From IMG/VR virus record IMGVR_UViG_3300025867_000005: DNA of 64,000 nucleotides. The stretch is one strand, 5' to 3'. The position numbers were made by a program, and so were the translations under genes. This stretch comes from a virus. Lineage: Duplodnaviria; Caudoviricetes. Of the stretch, positions 1-10,319 are shown piece after piece. The notes under the pieces were generated by a model. It saw nothing but the letters and a program-made list of their open reading frames with translations. It was not told the DNA's origin and did not search any database. Within the stretch, counting starts at the first letter, position 1. The number at the start of each line of letters is the position of its first letter.

Positions 1-19
1 GTAAAGAAAGGAAGGTATT

Positions 20-337
20 ATGTTATATCCGTGTTTCGTCGCGAGGTTTATTCTTCGTTATCAAAAGTGGAAACAGCCATACGCGGAGTTAAAGCACAGG
101 CGTCGTTATAACCAAGGTGTTTATGTCGATGTTGTTAAAAAGATCAAGATGTCGGTAAGGGACGGGAAAACCTTTTGTTACGAAATCGGTCTTTCAGAAC
201 ATACGGTAAAATATCTTCGGAAGAAGCTTATGCGCAGGGGTTACGATGTCGGGATTTACGATATCAATGGCAAGTATCTTGTCGAAGGTGAAATCAAAAA
301 CACAGAAACATATTCTATTTGTGTCAATTGGGAGTAA
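20..337 (+). CDS. hypothetical protein
   Basis: ORF with GGAAGG RBS. Confidence 0.6.
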   Translation: MLYPCFVARFILRYQKWKQPYAELKHRRRYNQGVYVDVVKKIKMSVRDGKTFCYEIGLSEHTVKYLRKKLMRRGYDVGIYDINGKYLVEGEIKNTETYSICVNWE

Positions 338-354
338 GGAAAGAGGTAGAGATA

Positions 355-1140
355 ATGGAAACAGATTTGAAGAATCAGATTGTTACGTGGATCAAGGATT
401 GGTTTAAGACCAACGGAGACGGATGTCATGCTGTTATCGGGATCAGCGGAGGGAAAGATAGTAGTGTTGTAGCCGCTCTCTGTGTGGAAGCCTTGGGTAA
501 GGACAGGGTACTCGGTGTCTTGATGCCTAACCGCAGGCAGGATGATATTGATTGCAGTTATAAGCTGGTAGAACATTTGGGAATCCAACATCTGCTGGTG
601 GATATCGGGAATGCTTATGAAGCTTTGACGAACAGCATTGACAAGGCAATGATTGATGTCAATTACAGCAATGCGGTTCAAAACAATCCTTCCGCGAAAC
701 CGTATGATTTCAATTCCGTGTATTGGAACAACACACCGGCTAGATTGCGCATGACCACTCTTTACGGTATTGCCGCCTGTGTCAACGGACGTGTTGCGAA
801 TACCTGTAATTTGAGTGAAAACTTCATTTCATATAGCACTAAATTTGGAGATGCGGCCGGTGATTTCAGTCCCCTTAGCGATTTGACTGTTACCGAAGTC
901 AAGGCTTTGGGATATCAGTTGGGATTGCCCAAGGATTTGATTGAGAAGGTTCCTGCGGATGGAATGTGTGGGCAGACGGACGAAGACAGGCTTGGTTTTA
1001 CATATGCCGTTTTGGACAAGTATATCCGGACGGGAGAAATTGAAGACTTGGAAGTCAAGGTTAGGATTGACAACATGCACGTTGCTGGTTTGCACAAACT
1101 CAGGTATATGGACGGCTTTAAGAAGCCTGAAAGAATTTGA
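355..1140 (+). CDS. nadE: NH3-dependent NAD+ synthetase
   Basis: GISGGKDSS PP-loop, ARLRM, TCNLSE, YSTKFGD, QTDEDRLG motifs; start moved to ATG 355 after GAGG. Confidence 0.93.
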   Translation: METDLKNQIVTWIKDWFKTNGDGCHAVIGISGGKDSSVVAALCVEALGKDRVLGVLMPNRRQDDIDCSYKLVEHLGIQHLLVDIGNAYEALTNSIDKAMIDVNYSNAVQNNPSAKPYDFNSVYWNNTPARLRMTTLYGIAACVNGRVANTCNLSENFISYSTKFGDAAGDFSPLSDLTVTEVKALGYQLGLPKDLIEKVPADGMCGQTDEDRLGFTYAVLDKYIRTGEIEDLEVKVRIDNMHVAGLHKLRYMDGFKKPERI

Positions 1141-1157
1141 AAGCTTTTCGGACGAGT

Positions 1158-1189
1158 CTATTGACACCGTGTATCGCTTTTGATATGGT
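1158..1189 (+). promoter_or_regulatory. sigma70-like early promoter (representative of ~30 copies)
   Basis: CTA-TTGACA, 17 nt spacer, TATGGT; similar at ~3075, 5066, 7802, 9582, 10257, 14442, 15892, 17245, 18033, 21729, 22023, 28514, 28736, 33990, 36682, 39629, 47147, 50432, 51917, 54095, 60275, 60733, 63364, 63838. Confidence 0.75.
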
Positions 1190-1214
1190 GTTGGCATTGA
1201 AAGGATTTTTCGTT

Positions 1215-2108
1215 ATGGGATATATGCACATAAACCAGCTTTACAAGGACCAAACAATTCTTGAATTCAAGGAAGCCTTTGCAATGGAAAAGGTTCATGG
1301 GACTTCCTCGAACATTTCTTGGAATGGGACAGAGGTCAGCTTTTTCGCCGGTGGAGAAAGTCATGTAAATTTCGTCAATCTTTTTGACAAAGAAGCCCTG
1401 AAATCGGCTTTCCAGAAGGTTTTCGGTGACACTCCTGCTATTATCTACGGAGAAGCCCACGGAGGCAGCCAACAGAAGATGTCGAAGACGTATGGAGACC
1501 GTTTGCGCTTTATTGCCTTTGATGTCTTTTCTTCTGACAGGTTCTGGGATGTCGAGGATGCCTACCGTCTTGTTACAGAAGATTTTGGTTTGCTGTTCGT
1601 TCCATTCCAAAGGATTCCAGCGACAGTAGAGGCATTTGAAATTAAAAAAAACGCGCCTTCTGAGGTTGCGGCAATTTACGGTTGTCAAGGGAATACCGAC
1701 AGGTTCGGCTTCTGTCCTCCTATCAGGGAGGGAATTGTCATCCGCCCCATTCACGAGTTTACCGACAAGTGGGGAAAACGAGTGATTTGCAAACACAAAC
1801 GCCCTGAATTTCAGGAACGTCAAAATACCCCGGATGTCAAGGATTTCGATCCTGAGAAGATAAAACAGATGGAAGAGGCAGATGCTGTTGCTGAAGAATG
1901 GGTTGTTGTGGAAAGGCTTAATCATGTTTTGGACAAGCTAGGTAATCCTAAAGAATTGTCCATGACGGGGAAGGTTATAAGCGCTATGGTTGAAGATGTT
2001 CTTCGGGAAGCAGAAGGTGAAATCAATCTTGATGACAAATCAAGAATCGCCAAAGCAATCGGGAACAAGACGGTGAAGATGTACAAGGAATTTTGCAGAA
2101 AGGTTTGA
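1215..2108 (+). CDS. RNA ligase, Rnl2-like
   Basis: motif I EKVHGT, YGE, FIAFDV, REGIVIR, KHK nucleotidyltransferase motifs. Confidence 0.8.
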   Translation: MGYMHINQLYKDQTILEFKEAFAMEKVHGTSSNISWNGTEVSFFAGGESHVNFVNLFDKEALKSAFQKVFGDTPAIIYGEAHGGSQQKMSKTYGDRLRFIAFDVFSSDRFWDVEDAYRLVTEDFGLLFVPFQRIPATVEAFEIKKNAPSEVAAIYGCQGNTDRFGFCPPIREGIVIRPIHEFTDKWGKRVICKHKRPEFQERQNTPDVKDFDPEKIKQMEEADAVAEEWVVVERLNHVLDKLGNPKELSMTGKVISAMVEDVLREAEGEINLDDKSRIAKAIGNKTVKMYKEFCRKV

Positions 2109-2109
2109 T

Positions 2110-2334
2110 ATGAAATACTGCTATCATGTATACGGGGAAGTGAAAACGTTTTTTCAAACAGTTGATTACAGTGGTATCGTTACTTCAGATACCAAAATTT
2201 GCAGCGATGTGGATTTTAAACATCTTGAAGAGCAAATTGTCTCCACTTGTATTGAAGTAAAAGGCCTTAGCCAAGACACAAACGCAAGATGTTTGATTAA
2301 GTCTATGACCTTCTTGCATGAAATCGAGGACTGA
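2110..2334 (+). CDS. hypothetical protein
   Basis: coupled ORF in operon. Confidence 0.6.
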   Translation: MKYCYHVYGEVKTFFQTVDYSGIVTSDTKICSDVDFKHLEEQIVSTCIEVKGLSQDTNARCLIKSMTFLHEIED

Positions 2335-2335
2335 C

Positions 2336-2668
2336 ATGAAAATTATCAAATGGATTAAAGACTTGTTTTCGGAACCTGAATTCAGTGCGCAGAGCGCATA
2401 TGAATTGGCGAATGAACGCAAGAAACAAAAAGATGAAGATGAAGCCAAATATCTCATTAAAATGATTAAACGGAAGATTAGCGATGCGGCCTGGCTTCAG
2501 AATTTCCGTTTTGAATATGATTTCTATCGAGAAGGGGGAATTCCTCCGAATGACGAAACCGCTAAGATTATCTGTGATTACTTTAATGACAAAGGATTTT
2601 ACGTTTATCTCAAGAATGATATGTTGCTTATAAGCTGGTATCAGCCAAACAAGGAAAAACGTGTTTAA
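2336..2668 (+). CDS. hypothetical protein
   Basis: GAGG RBS, coupled ORF. Confidence 0.6.
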   Translation: MKIIKWIKDLFSEPEFSAQSAYELANERKKQKDEDEAKYLIKMIKRKISDAAWLQNFRFEYDFYREGGIPPNDETAKIICDYFNDKGFYVYLKNDMLLISWYQPNKEKRV

Positions 2669-2833
2669 AAGGTAAATTTTATGATGACTGAAAAAGACAA
2701 ACAAGAAATCGAAGAGATGATTAAGAAACAGTTATCAGAGAATTCATCTGATGATTCTGGATGTTTGACGATTCTGCTCATGTTTTTGTTTTTATCGGTT
2801 TTTATGGGTTGCTGATATCAAGGATGTAAAATT

Positions 2834-3055
2834 ATGGCTACAGATAGAAAAACAATGTCTATTGAAGACTACGAAATGCTCTTGAAATCTCAGGAGCGCA
2901 CAAATCTTTACAAGTTGATGGAACTTGCTCAGGCCGGTCTTGATAATTGCGGAATCTGTATATTCTGTCAGGATTGCCCGAGACTAGGGAATTGCATTAT
3001 CAAAAAGACGTGCGATGAAGTAGAAGCCAGGATTAAAAGCGGAGAACTTTCTTAG
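2834..3055 (+). CDS. hypothetical Cys-rich protein
   Basis: AAGGA RBS; CxxCxxCxxC. Confidence 0.6.
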   Translation: MATDRKTMSIEDYEMLLKSQERTNLYKLMELAQAGLDNCGICIFCQDCPRLGNCIIKKTCDEVEARIKSGELS

Positions 3056-3157
3056 AACTATAAATTTCAGCAGGCTATTGACAAAGCAAGAAGAAATATG
3101 CTATAGTTCCACCATCAAAAGAAACAATAGGGACAATCCCTAGAAAGGTAAGGAACT

Positions 3158-4012
3158 ATGAACGAGCTGGGTCTGTTGAACGTTTGGTGGATGGTTCGTG
3201 AGGATATTTCGATCGGCATCGTGCAGATGCATGACATCTTGCAAAAGTATGGCCTTGATCCTGATATGATGCGGGTCCCTAGTGACCGTGAGTGTGTGCG
3301 TCGCGGCATCGACAGTTTCCATAACCGTAGGGGTTATAAGCGCCGTGTCGTCGAGAAGATCAGTGAGACTCAGAACAAGGCGGTTTTCGGTATCCTCGGA
3401 ATCAGTCTTGACAAAGAGCACGAGAATTCCAGTTACATCCAGAACACAAAAGTCATTCTTGACAAGAATTCCGGAACTATCAGTGCGGAAGGCGCTTTGT
3501 CGGACGAGGTTCTTAACAAGGTTGACAATTGCCGTGGCACCTATAACAGCGAAGATCTTCGTACGCTTTGCAAGAATGTCGTGCGGAAGTGCTTCGGGGT
3601 CAGCAAGCGGCCTACTGGCGGTGTTTACATGGTTCCGTTCACTTTCAAGAGTAAGATCGATGCCTTGAATGCCGTTCTTGGTGAAGTCGCTGGCAAACGT
3701 GAAGCGTGTGTCTATGTCGAGCGTATTTTCGGCGGAGAAGAGGAGAAAGATACTGCCGCCGTCAGCGTCTTCGATGATCTGAACAAGCGGTTGTCGTTCC
3801 TGATGAACAGCGTCAAGAATGTCACGAAACAGGTTTGCCGACTGAAGGGCAAGAATGTTCAGATGGAAGAGATCAAGTATATCGCTGAAGTCTATCAGAA
3901 CATCCTTGGAAAGCGGGAAGCGATTGCGGAATTCAGTGATGTCTTTAAAACCGCATCTGAGAAGATTGAGGAAGCCATTTCCAATCTTACCATCGTTCCT
4001 GAGAAGGCATAA
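3158..4012 (+). CDS. hypothetical protein
   Basis: own promoter, AAGGA RBS, terminator follows. Confidence 0.75.
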   Translation: MNELGLLNVWWMVREDISIGIVQMHDILQKYGLDPDMMRVPSDRECVRRGIDSFHNRRGYKRRVVEKISETQNKAVFGILGISLDKEHENSSYIQNTKVILDKNSGTISAEGALSDEVLNKVDNCRGTYNSEDLRTLCKNVVRKCFGVSKRPTGGVYMVPFTFKSKIDALNAVLGEVAGKREACVYVERIFGGEEEKDTAAVSVFDDLNKRLSFLMNSVKNVTKQVCRLKGKNVQMEEIKYIAEVYQNILGKREAIAEFSDVFKTASEKIEEAISNLTIVPEKA

Positions 4013-4035
4013 CGGCAATCGGTGACATACAACAG

Positions 4036-4065
4036 AAGGGGATTGGAATTCCAATCCCCTTTTTC
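4036..4065. terminator. terminator between convergent genes
   Basis: perfect 26-nt palindrome AAGGGGATTGGAATTCCAATCCCCTT plus T tract. Confidence 0.8.
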
Positions 4066-4067
4066 CT

Positions 4068-5048
4068 TTATAGAAGCACTTCTTTTATCGCTGTAGCCAG
4101 CTCATACATAAGCGGTGGACAAACGCTGTTTCCGATTATCTGTCTGGCATGGTTTCTGCTTTTAAATTTGAACCCCTGTGGAAATCCTTGAATCGCCATC
4201 AATTCATTCTGACTTAAAACGCGTGGCTGATATGGGCTAAAGTGATCGCTGTTGCAAAGAATAGGACAGGACGGTTTTGAAGGGTCTATTTTCTTCGCGC
4301 TTTTTTGCCGTCCGACAGATTTTCCAGGAAGAGCTTGTTCCCAATACCCGACATACCTTTCTGTCAAAGGACGAAATTTCCCTTCTTCCAATATTTCTAG
4401 AACTTGCTGAGCTTGTACTTCTTGGTATTCAGGACATGGGAATGTGAATTCCTTATTCAAATCCTTACGTATTCCTACGATGAAAATTCTTTTTCTGACT
4501 GTCGGGATTCCGAAATCTTTAGCTGAAATCACCTTGTATTTGATGACATAACCTGCGTTTTCAAATCCTGCTTTTACTTCTTCAAAAATGTGTGAAAATC
4601 TCGCATTGGCCATTTGCGGAACGTTTTCCATTACAAAAGCACGAGGTTGTAAACCTTCAAGAATCCTTACCGCTGCTTTGAAAAGGAAATTTCTTTCATC
4701 TTCTGGATTCATTTTACCAGCAGGGCTGAATCCGCAGCATACCGGACTCATATCCAAGACATCGAGCATTCTTTCTTTCAAACCGGCGACAGACAGGATT
4801 TCACTTGAATCTACTGTCCTTATGTCTTTTGTTATCACAGGAAAACCGAAATTTTCATACAGGCATTCATATGCCGGTTTCCAGAATTCAACGGCACACA
4901 GTTCTCGGTATCCCGCCATAGAATATCCAAGACTGGAACCACCGCCGCCAGCGAAAAGGGAAACTACAGTCGGTGAATTTTCTGATTTCTGTTCTTGGTG
5001 TTTCTGCCAAAGGTAAGATAGGCGTTCGTAATAAGTTAAGTTTTTCAT
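4068..5048 (-). CDS. DNA (cytosine-5) methyltransferase
   Basis: LFAGGGG motif I, SPVCCGFS motif IV, ENV, RKRIF, QGFP, IGNSVCP. Confidence 0.9.
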   Translation of the reverse strand: MKNLTYYERLSYLWQKHQEQKSENSPTVVSLFAGGGGSSLGYSMAGYRELCAVEFWKPAYECLYENFGFPVITKDIRTVDSSEILSVAGLKERMLDVLDMSPVCCGFSPAGKMNPEDERNFLFKAAVRILEGLQPRAFVMENVPQMANARFSHIFEEVKAGFENAGYVIKYKVISAKDFGIPTVRKRIFIVGIRKDLNKEFTFPCPEYQEVQAQQVLEILEEGKFRPLTERYVGYWEQALPGKSVGRQKSAKKIDPSKPSCPILCNSDHFSPYQPRVLSQNELMAIQGFPQGFKFKSRNHARQIIGNSVCPPLMYELATAIKEVLL

Positions 5049-5159
5049 GTTTTAGAATAGAAATGCTATTGACAGATTTCAACATTTTTGGTAAATTACA
5101 CGCATCTAAAGAACAAAAGGCTTGTAAGCCTTAAAGAACAAATAAAAGGAAAAACAGAT

Positions 5160-6383
5160 ATGGGTAAGACTCTCGGAATCAAGATGAGCAAGGCGGAACG
5201 TGAACAGGCTATTTCAAAGTTCATGGTTAAACTTCTAAAGGAAAAGGAAAAGGCGGTTGTCTTTAAGACCCCCCATGAGGTAGTGAAGTCAGACATTACT
5301 GTCAAAGCATTGCTTGACAAGACGGCGACAAGCATGTGCGGACTGCCGGAAATCAATCTGAACCCGATTTTCCAGCGGGGATTCGTTTGGGGTCAGGACA
5401 AAGAAGACGCTTTGTTGAACACGATCCTTGAAGGCGGGCAGATCCCTAGCCTTACATTCGGTAAAGTGCGGGACAAGAACCCCAGCAGTTTTAATCGAAT
5501 CTGTTGTGTCGATGGAGGTAATCGGATTCAGACTCTTTTGCGTTTCATCAATAACAAACGCGCGATTGCCGGTCTGTTCTGTCGAGACGAAGACGACGGA
5601 AGTGTTTCTGTTGATTCTACCAAGACCGTGAATCTGTATATCGGAAAGAAGTTTAAGGATCTTCCCGTTGACGTTCAAAACAAGATTCTGAACTATAAGT
5701 TTTCTTTTATCATTGAAGAGGTTGAGAAGGAAAATGATTTGACCAATATTTTCTTGCGGTTGAATTGCGGCGGTGTGGATATGGATTTCGGGCAGATTCT
5801 TATTGCCAAGTATCGGGAAACGGAATTCGGAAAGGCAATCTTGAATTTTATCGAAACAGAAACAGGGCGTGTTCTTCTTGGTCGCAAACGTGTCGGCAAA
5901 GTCAGCATTCCGAGTCTTTTCCTCCGGTGTTCTGGAATCGTCGCGACGGCAAGTGACTTTATGCGGTTTGTCGGGCGTGGCGGTGCCGATCAGTTTCTTG
6001 GAGAAAGTTCTGCTACTTCTTCTAAGGAAGCCGACAACAGCATGCTTCATTTCAAGAAGGCGGTGGAAGTGTTCAACAAGTATTTCTCAGATTTCGAGTT
6101 TTATCAGCACGTCTTTGAAAAGAATGGCGCTAAGAAACTTGTTACCTGTACTTTCTCAAAACAAGAGAAGGTTAAGACGGCCATTATTTCCGTTCTTTGC
6201 GGAATCGATGATCTTGATTTTGTTATCAAGAATCACATGGCCATCGGAGAAAATCTTGTTCAAAAGCTTCTTCCGTCTACGGTGGCAGATTCAATTCTGT
6301 TGAACCTCCTTACCGTTCAAACGACCATGCGCGGTCGCCGTGAACAGGCAATGATGCAAATCCGTGAATGCTTTGGAATTTAA
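5160..6383 (+). CDS. DUF262 (ParB-like/GmrS-type) domain protein
   Basis: FQRGFVW, VDGGNRIQT, IFLRLN.GG motifs. Confidence 0.8.
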   Translation: MGKTLGIKMSKAEREQAISKFMVKLLKEKEKAVVFKTPHEVVKSDITVKALLDKTATSMCGLPEINLNPIFQRGFVWGQDKEDALLNTILEGGQIPSLTFGKVRDKNPSSFNRICCVDGGNRIQTLLRFINNKRAIAGLFCRDEDDGSVSVDSTKTVNLYIGKKFKDLPVDVQNKILNYKFSFIIEEVEKENDLTNIFLRLNCGGVDMDFGQILIAKYRETEFGKAILNFIETETGRVLLGRKRVGKVSIPSLFLRCSGIVATASDFMRFVGRGGADQFLGESSATSSKEADNSMLHFKKAVEVFNKYFSDFEFYQHVFEKNGAKKLVTCTFSKQEKVKTAIISVLCGIDDLDFVIKNHMAIGENLVQKLLPSTVADSILLNLLTVQTTMRGRREQAMMQIRECFGI

Positions 6384-6394
6384 GACATAACGGA

Positions 6395-6423
6395 AAAGGG
6401 TATATGTATTAGATATACCCTTT
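6395..6423 (+). terminator. stem-loop terminator
   Basis: AAAGGGTATAT / ATATACCCTTT inverted repeat. Confidence 0.6.
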
Positions 6424-6447
6424 GTCCGATTTCCATAAGGTGCTAAG

Positions 6448-6696
6448 ATGAAAAGAATAAGCTTCAAAGGAATTCCTGTAAAGTGTTTTGAAACCCCGAA
6501 GCCAATGAATGAAACCGTTAATCGGAGTCTCTGGATTTTGGAACAGTTCAAGGCAAAACACGGGAGACTTCCCAGACCCGAAGACAAAGCGTTTACAAAG
6601 CTTACAGAAGTCCAGCAGGTATTTGCCAATGGCTTACGCAAGACCGTAACTGAAGGGCTCTATAAGCGTTTCTTGGAGATTTCTAAACATGGCTAA
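6448..6696 (+). CDS. hypothetical protein
   Basis: ORF overlapping next start. Confidence 0.55.
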   Translation: MKRISFKGIPVKCFETPKPMNETVNRSLWILEQFKAKHGRLPRPEDKAFTKLTEVQQVFANGLRKTVTEGLYKRFLEISKHG

Positions 6697-7363
6697 GAAA
6701 GACTTTAATTATTGTCCGAAGAAAGCTGCATTTAGAAAAGAATGTATCTCCAAACCCATCCTTGAAATCTTCAGTGGACCTTTGCCAGAAGACAAAATCA
6801 TTGTGGATACAGCGGGGGAATACTCAAAGAACGTCAAGGCGACAGCATGTTATCAGCTTCTTAAAGCAGGGGCGATCACTTCGACTACCCAATTCATGGG
6901 CGTTGACAACGAATCGAAATCCGGAAGTGATGGCGTTGTCAAGACAAATACTTTACGGTATGGACAGGGTTGCCGCTGGCATATTCCTTGTGTCTGTGAT
7001 GAGATTCAAAATTTCTGTTTGAGTAACAGAGACAGAATCGGGTTTATCAGTCTTGACCTTCAGGCATTGGCCCCGAATTGTTTCTTTGTGTTCGAAAGAA
7101 CATTACAAGCGATGCAGGGAGCCAGTCATAAATTCGGAATTTGTTTCAACTCCATTTTCAGCTTGCCTTGGAATATGCAAGAGAACCTTGTCAAAAACGG
7201 GCTTGTGGAAGAGGCGATGGAAACGGAATTTCAACGCTATCAAGAAGCTAATCCTTTTTTCGTCGATCTTCTTCAAAGCTACATTCCGATGTCTTGGTTC
7301 TGGTATGAAGGATGTGGAAAATCTCAAACTATTTTGGGAAGTTTTGTTTTTGTAAAGGAGTAA
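6689..7363 (+). CDS. hypothetical protein, possible degenerate SAM-dependent methyltransferase fold
   Basis: IIVDTAG..FMGVD..ISLDL pattern; weak. Confidence 0.5.
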   Translation: MAKKDFNYCPKKAAFRKECISKPILEIFSGPLPEDKIIVDTAGEYSKNVKATACYQLLKAGAITSTTQFMGVDNESKSGSDGVVKTNTLRYGQGCRWHIPCVCDEIQNFCLSNRDRIGFISLDLQALAPNCFFVFERTLQAMQGASHKFGICFNSIFSLPWNMQENLVKNGLVEEAMETEFQRYQEANPFFVDLLQSYIPMSWFWYEGCGKSQTILGSFVFVKE

Positions 7364-7393
7364 AATTATGTCTCTTTTCGCCACTGTGTTTTC

Positions 7394-7663
7394 ATGGTCT
7401 TTTTCGTATTGTTTGTAAGCCTAATGATTAAATCGGCTACACTTGACAGGAAAAGGAAAATTGCTGTAGTCAAACCTGGAAGCATTTTTGTCCAAAGCAA
7501 TGAAGAACAGAATCCTTTCGCAAAAGACTATCATGAATATGTTATCCTTGAAGTGAAAAACGGTTATGTTTTATATCAAGACACAAAATCTTTGATAATT
7601 TATACTACAGATATCAACACCTTCATTTATCTGTATCGCCTTCAACAGGGAGTAAAATCATGA
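7394..7663 (+). CDS. hypothetical membrane-anchored protein
   Basis: hydrophobic N-terminus. Confidence 0.5.
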   Translation: MVFFVLFVSLMIKSATLDRKRKIAVVKPGSIFVQSNEEQNPFAKDYHEYVILEVKNGYVLYQDTKSLIIYTTDINTFIYLYRLQQGVKS

Positions 7664-7866
7664 AAAAGTTTCTCAAGTATCTGTTCACTCATGTAAGCCT
7701 TAAACCAAGTCATCCGGAAGAATCAGATCCGGGTTGGGAAGTCCGTTGGATTTTCTTCAAAATTCCGTTCCTGAAAAGAAATGTAAAAAAAGAAGACGAC
7801 CCTGTTGACAAGAACGGCAACATTTGATAATGTATTGTCATTGAAAGCAAACAAAGGAATTGAATT

Positions 7867-8067
7867 ATGAATGAAGTTCAGGACAAGACATTGCCGAAGA
7901 TCAAGAAACCTTCTGGTTGGAAACAAAAAGGAAGTTTCTGGGTTAAAAGTAGTAAGTATGGTTTGCGCTACATGTGTCCGGTTTGCGGGAAAAAGGCACT
8001 TGGCACGAATTTCAAAAGCGACATGCATCATCATTTAAAAACTTGTCCGTGTTTTACGGACAAGTAA
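7867..8067 (+). CDS. small zinc-finger protein
   Basis: CPVC...HxxxC; own promoter. Confidence 0.6.
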   Translation: MNEVQDKTLPKIKKPSGWKQKGSFWVKSSKYGLRYMCPVCGKKALGTNFKSDMHHHLKTCPCFTDK

Positions 8068-8112
8068 TCTCAAATCAGACAAAAGAAAAAACCAAGAAAG
8101 GTAAAAGAAACA

Positions 8113-8559
8113 ATGAATGTTGATCCGAAGAATCGTTACATCATGCAGTACATTAAGGTTAAGGACGAGACCGGCCGAATGGCCCCTATCGGCGTCCTTA
8201 CGTCAGGACTCGATAAGGACGGCAAGATCATCTATGCCTATTCCCTAACCAACACGAAGCCTACCAAGGCGCAGAAGGCCGCAGGTGTTAAGCCTGATAA
8301 GTTCGACATGGAGTTTGCAGTTAATCTCGCAATGAAGCGTCTTGATGATGGCGGGATGGATATTTCCAAGCTTCCTTCCCTTGTTTCGGGAATGATGAAG
8401 CCCAAGAATCTGCAAGTCAAGATTAACCAAGTCAAGACGCGCAAGGACGGGAACCTTCCTGAGAATTTCATCGGGTATCCCGGAACCAACCGTGGCTACA
8501 TCAAGATTCGCGGTTTTAAGGAGCGTTCTGAAGCCTATTTCAAGGATGCCACCAAGTAA
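8113..8559 (+). CDS. hypothetical protein
   Basis: ORF, biased codon usage. Confidence 0.7.
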   Translation: MNVDPKNRYIMQYIKVKDETGRMAPIGVLTSGLDKDGKIIYAYSLTNTKPTKAQKAAGVKPDKFDMEFAVNLAMKRLDDGGMDISKLPSLVSGMMKPKNLQVKINQVKTRKDGNLPENFIGYPGTNRGYIKIRGFKERSEAYFKDATK

Positions 8560-8684
8560 GGCATTGAAAATCTAGAACAGCGAATCTATTAAGAAACATC
8601 TTCCTTTGGCAGAAGGAAAAACAGAAAAAGAAACAGAAGAAGGTAACTGCTATTCCCTTCTTCAAAAAAAGAAAGACAAAAACA

Positions 8685-8897
8685 ATGAAGAATACCAAGA
8701 CTCAGATCACCAGTTCCACCATCGTCGGCTTTGCAGAGGCGCGCAAGATCGTCCGCAAGGCTGGTTTCAAGAGCCATCAGGCTTACTCATGGGCGAAGAT
8801 CGAGGGCCGCCTTCCCGCTGGCCTTCCCGAGACCCCGAAGACCGTGTATGCCCGTTATTGGAAGGGCTGGGATCAGTTTCTTAGCGTCACCAAGTAA
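8685..8897 (+). CDS. phage integrase-repeat (INT_rpt-like) single-unit protein
   Basis: FAEAR..LPETPKTVY..YWKGWDQFL pattern. Confidence 0.6.
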   Translation: MKNTKTQITSSTIVGFAEARKIVRKAGFKSHQAYSWAKIEGRLPAGLPETPKTVYARYWKGWDQFLSVTK

Positions 8898-8925
8898 TCT
8901 TGGATAGACGTTTGTGAAGAAAAAG

Positions 8926-8956
8926 AAAGAGAGGGTGAAAACCCTCTCTTTTTTTA
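8926..8956 (+). terminator. rho-independent terminator
   Basis: AAAGAGAGGGT GAAA ACCCTCTCTTT plus T run. Confidence 0.85.
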
Positions 8957-9244
8957 TTCCTTAAAATCAAATCCGATGCAATGAAAAGGTAGTCGTTCAG
9001 ATTCAAAGATTTCTATTGACTGTTCTCTGAAGTTCGGGCATGAAAGCGGGTCAATCATTATTCTGCTATAAAGACATCCTAGACAGGAGTGGAAGACTAA
9101 TTTTTGATTATTTGCATCATCCGCTTCAGAAATGGAAAGAACACAACTGTTATGTTTACAATTGCCAAGTTTTGTCACAAATTGTTTCATTTTGTTCGAT
9201 AATCCTCCGTAATGTCAAAGAATAGATTGCAAGGAGGAATTCTT

Positions 9245-9571
9245 ATGGGTCGCAAAAGAAAGTTCAATTCGATTCTCGTTCAGGATTCCAAAACAGATAA
9301 CCTTCTGTTGATTTCTTTCGAAAACGGAAAAATTGCAAACGAGGGCTTAAATCTAGATATCGATAAGGGTTTTCTCTCAGACAGACTGGTAAACGGAAGG
9401 TTGCCACCGAACAAGATTTTGTTGACAGATGTGATTAAAGACGGAGAAAATTCAAGCTTCGCCATAAAGGCTTGTGTCGATTTGATTCTTGAAGGGAAAT
9501 CCGTAAATTTTTGGGATATTGTAGAAAATCCCGATTATGTTTCCTACTTCTTACAAAAAGTTAAGATTTAG
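9245..9571 (+). CDS. hypothetical protein
   Basis: AGGAGG RBS. Confidence 0.65.
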   Translation: MGRKRKFNSILVQDSKTDNLLLISFENGKIANEGLNLDIDKGFLSDRLVNGRLPPNKILLTDVIKDGENSSFAIKACVDLILEGKSVNFWDIVENPDYVSYFLQKVKI

Positions 9572-9642
9572 TTTCCAAAATGTATTGACAACCTGGAACT
9601 AAAATGTTATCTTTCTTTTATCAAATGGGGAAGGAAGACTTT

Positions 9643-9900
9643 ATGTTCAAAGCGATTGTCAGAATCACCGAAGGAACAGGGGCGGGTTACGGCATGCCTG
9701 CACATCTCTATGTCAGTGGAGAAGGCATTGCTATGTCCAAGTCTCCGAAGAAAGCACTTACAGAAGCCAACAGGCTTGCAGAAGTAAGCCGTTCAGAAGA
9801 TTGTGTCAAGCAAGGATTACCTAAAGGTGTAGGGCTGATTCCTGTCTACGGAGAAACGATCCTTTTCAAGGATGAAAAGATTGTGATGGTGAAGGCATGA
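9643..9900 (+). CDS. hypothetical protein
   Basis: promoter plus RBS. Confidence 0.65.
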   Translation: MFKAIVRITEGTGAGYGMPAHLYVSGEGIAMSKSPKKALTEANRLAEVSRSEDCVKQGLPKGVGLIPVYGETILFKDEKIVMVKA

Positions 9901-10262
9901 AAAAAGAAAAATTCCATCCATTCTTCAGTTACAATAAAAATTGCCGCAAGACGGCATGGGATACACCGGAATATCTGACAGAAGAAGATTGGAGATTCCT
10001 CGCGGGTTTGATTCCTTTCCTTGAATCAGATGATATCGGTGGGGCTAGAAATTATTTGTTTCCTTTAGGGGAAAAGTGGAATCTTGCTGATGATTTCTTT
10101 AATCGGACAATCGGTTGGCCAGAAGGATATTCATATTGCCCGAATATTGAAATCTGGTGCAAAGACATTGAAAAAACCTATTTCTATCAGTTAGGATTCC
10201 TAGCAATTAAGAAATACTGTTGTAAGATGAAAGAAGCTCTTAAAAAGCATCTGGATACTTGA
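9897..10262 (+). CDS. hypothetical protein
   Basis: ATGA coupling. Confidence 0.65.
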   Translation: MKKEKFHPFFSYNKNCRKTAWDTPEYLTEEDWRFLAGLIPFLESDDIGGARNYLFPLGEKWNLADDFFNRTIGWPEGYSYCPNIEIWCKDIEKTYFYQLGFLAIKKYCCKMKEALKKHLDT

Positions 10263-10319
10263 CAACCGAGATTAGTCTATGATATATTGACGGCATTCCA
10301 ACAGGAAAGGACTTACAAC

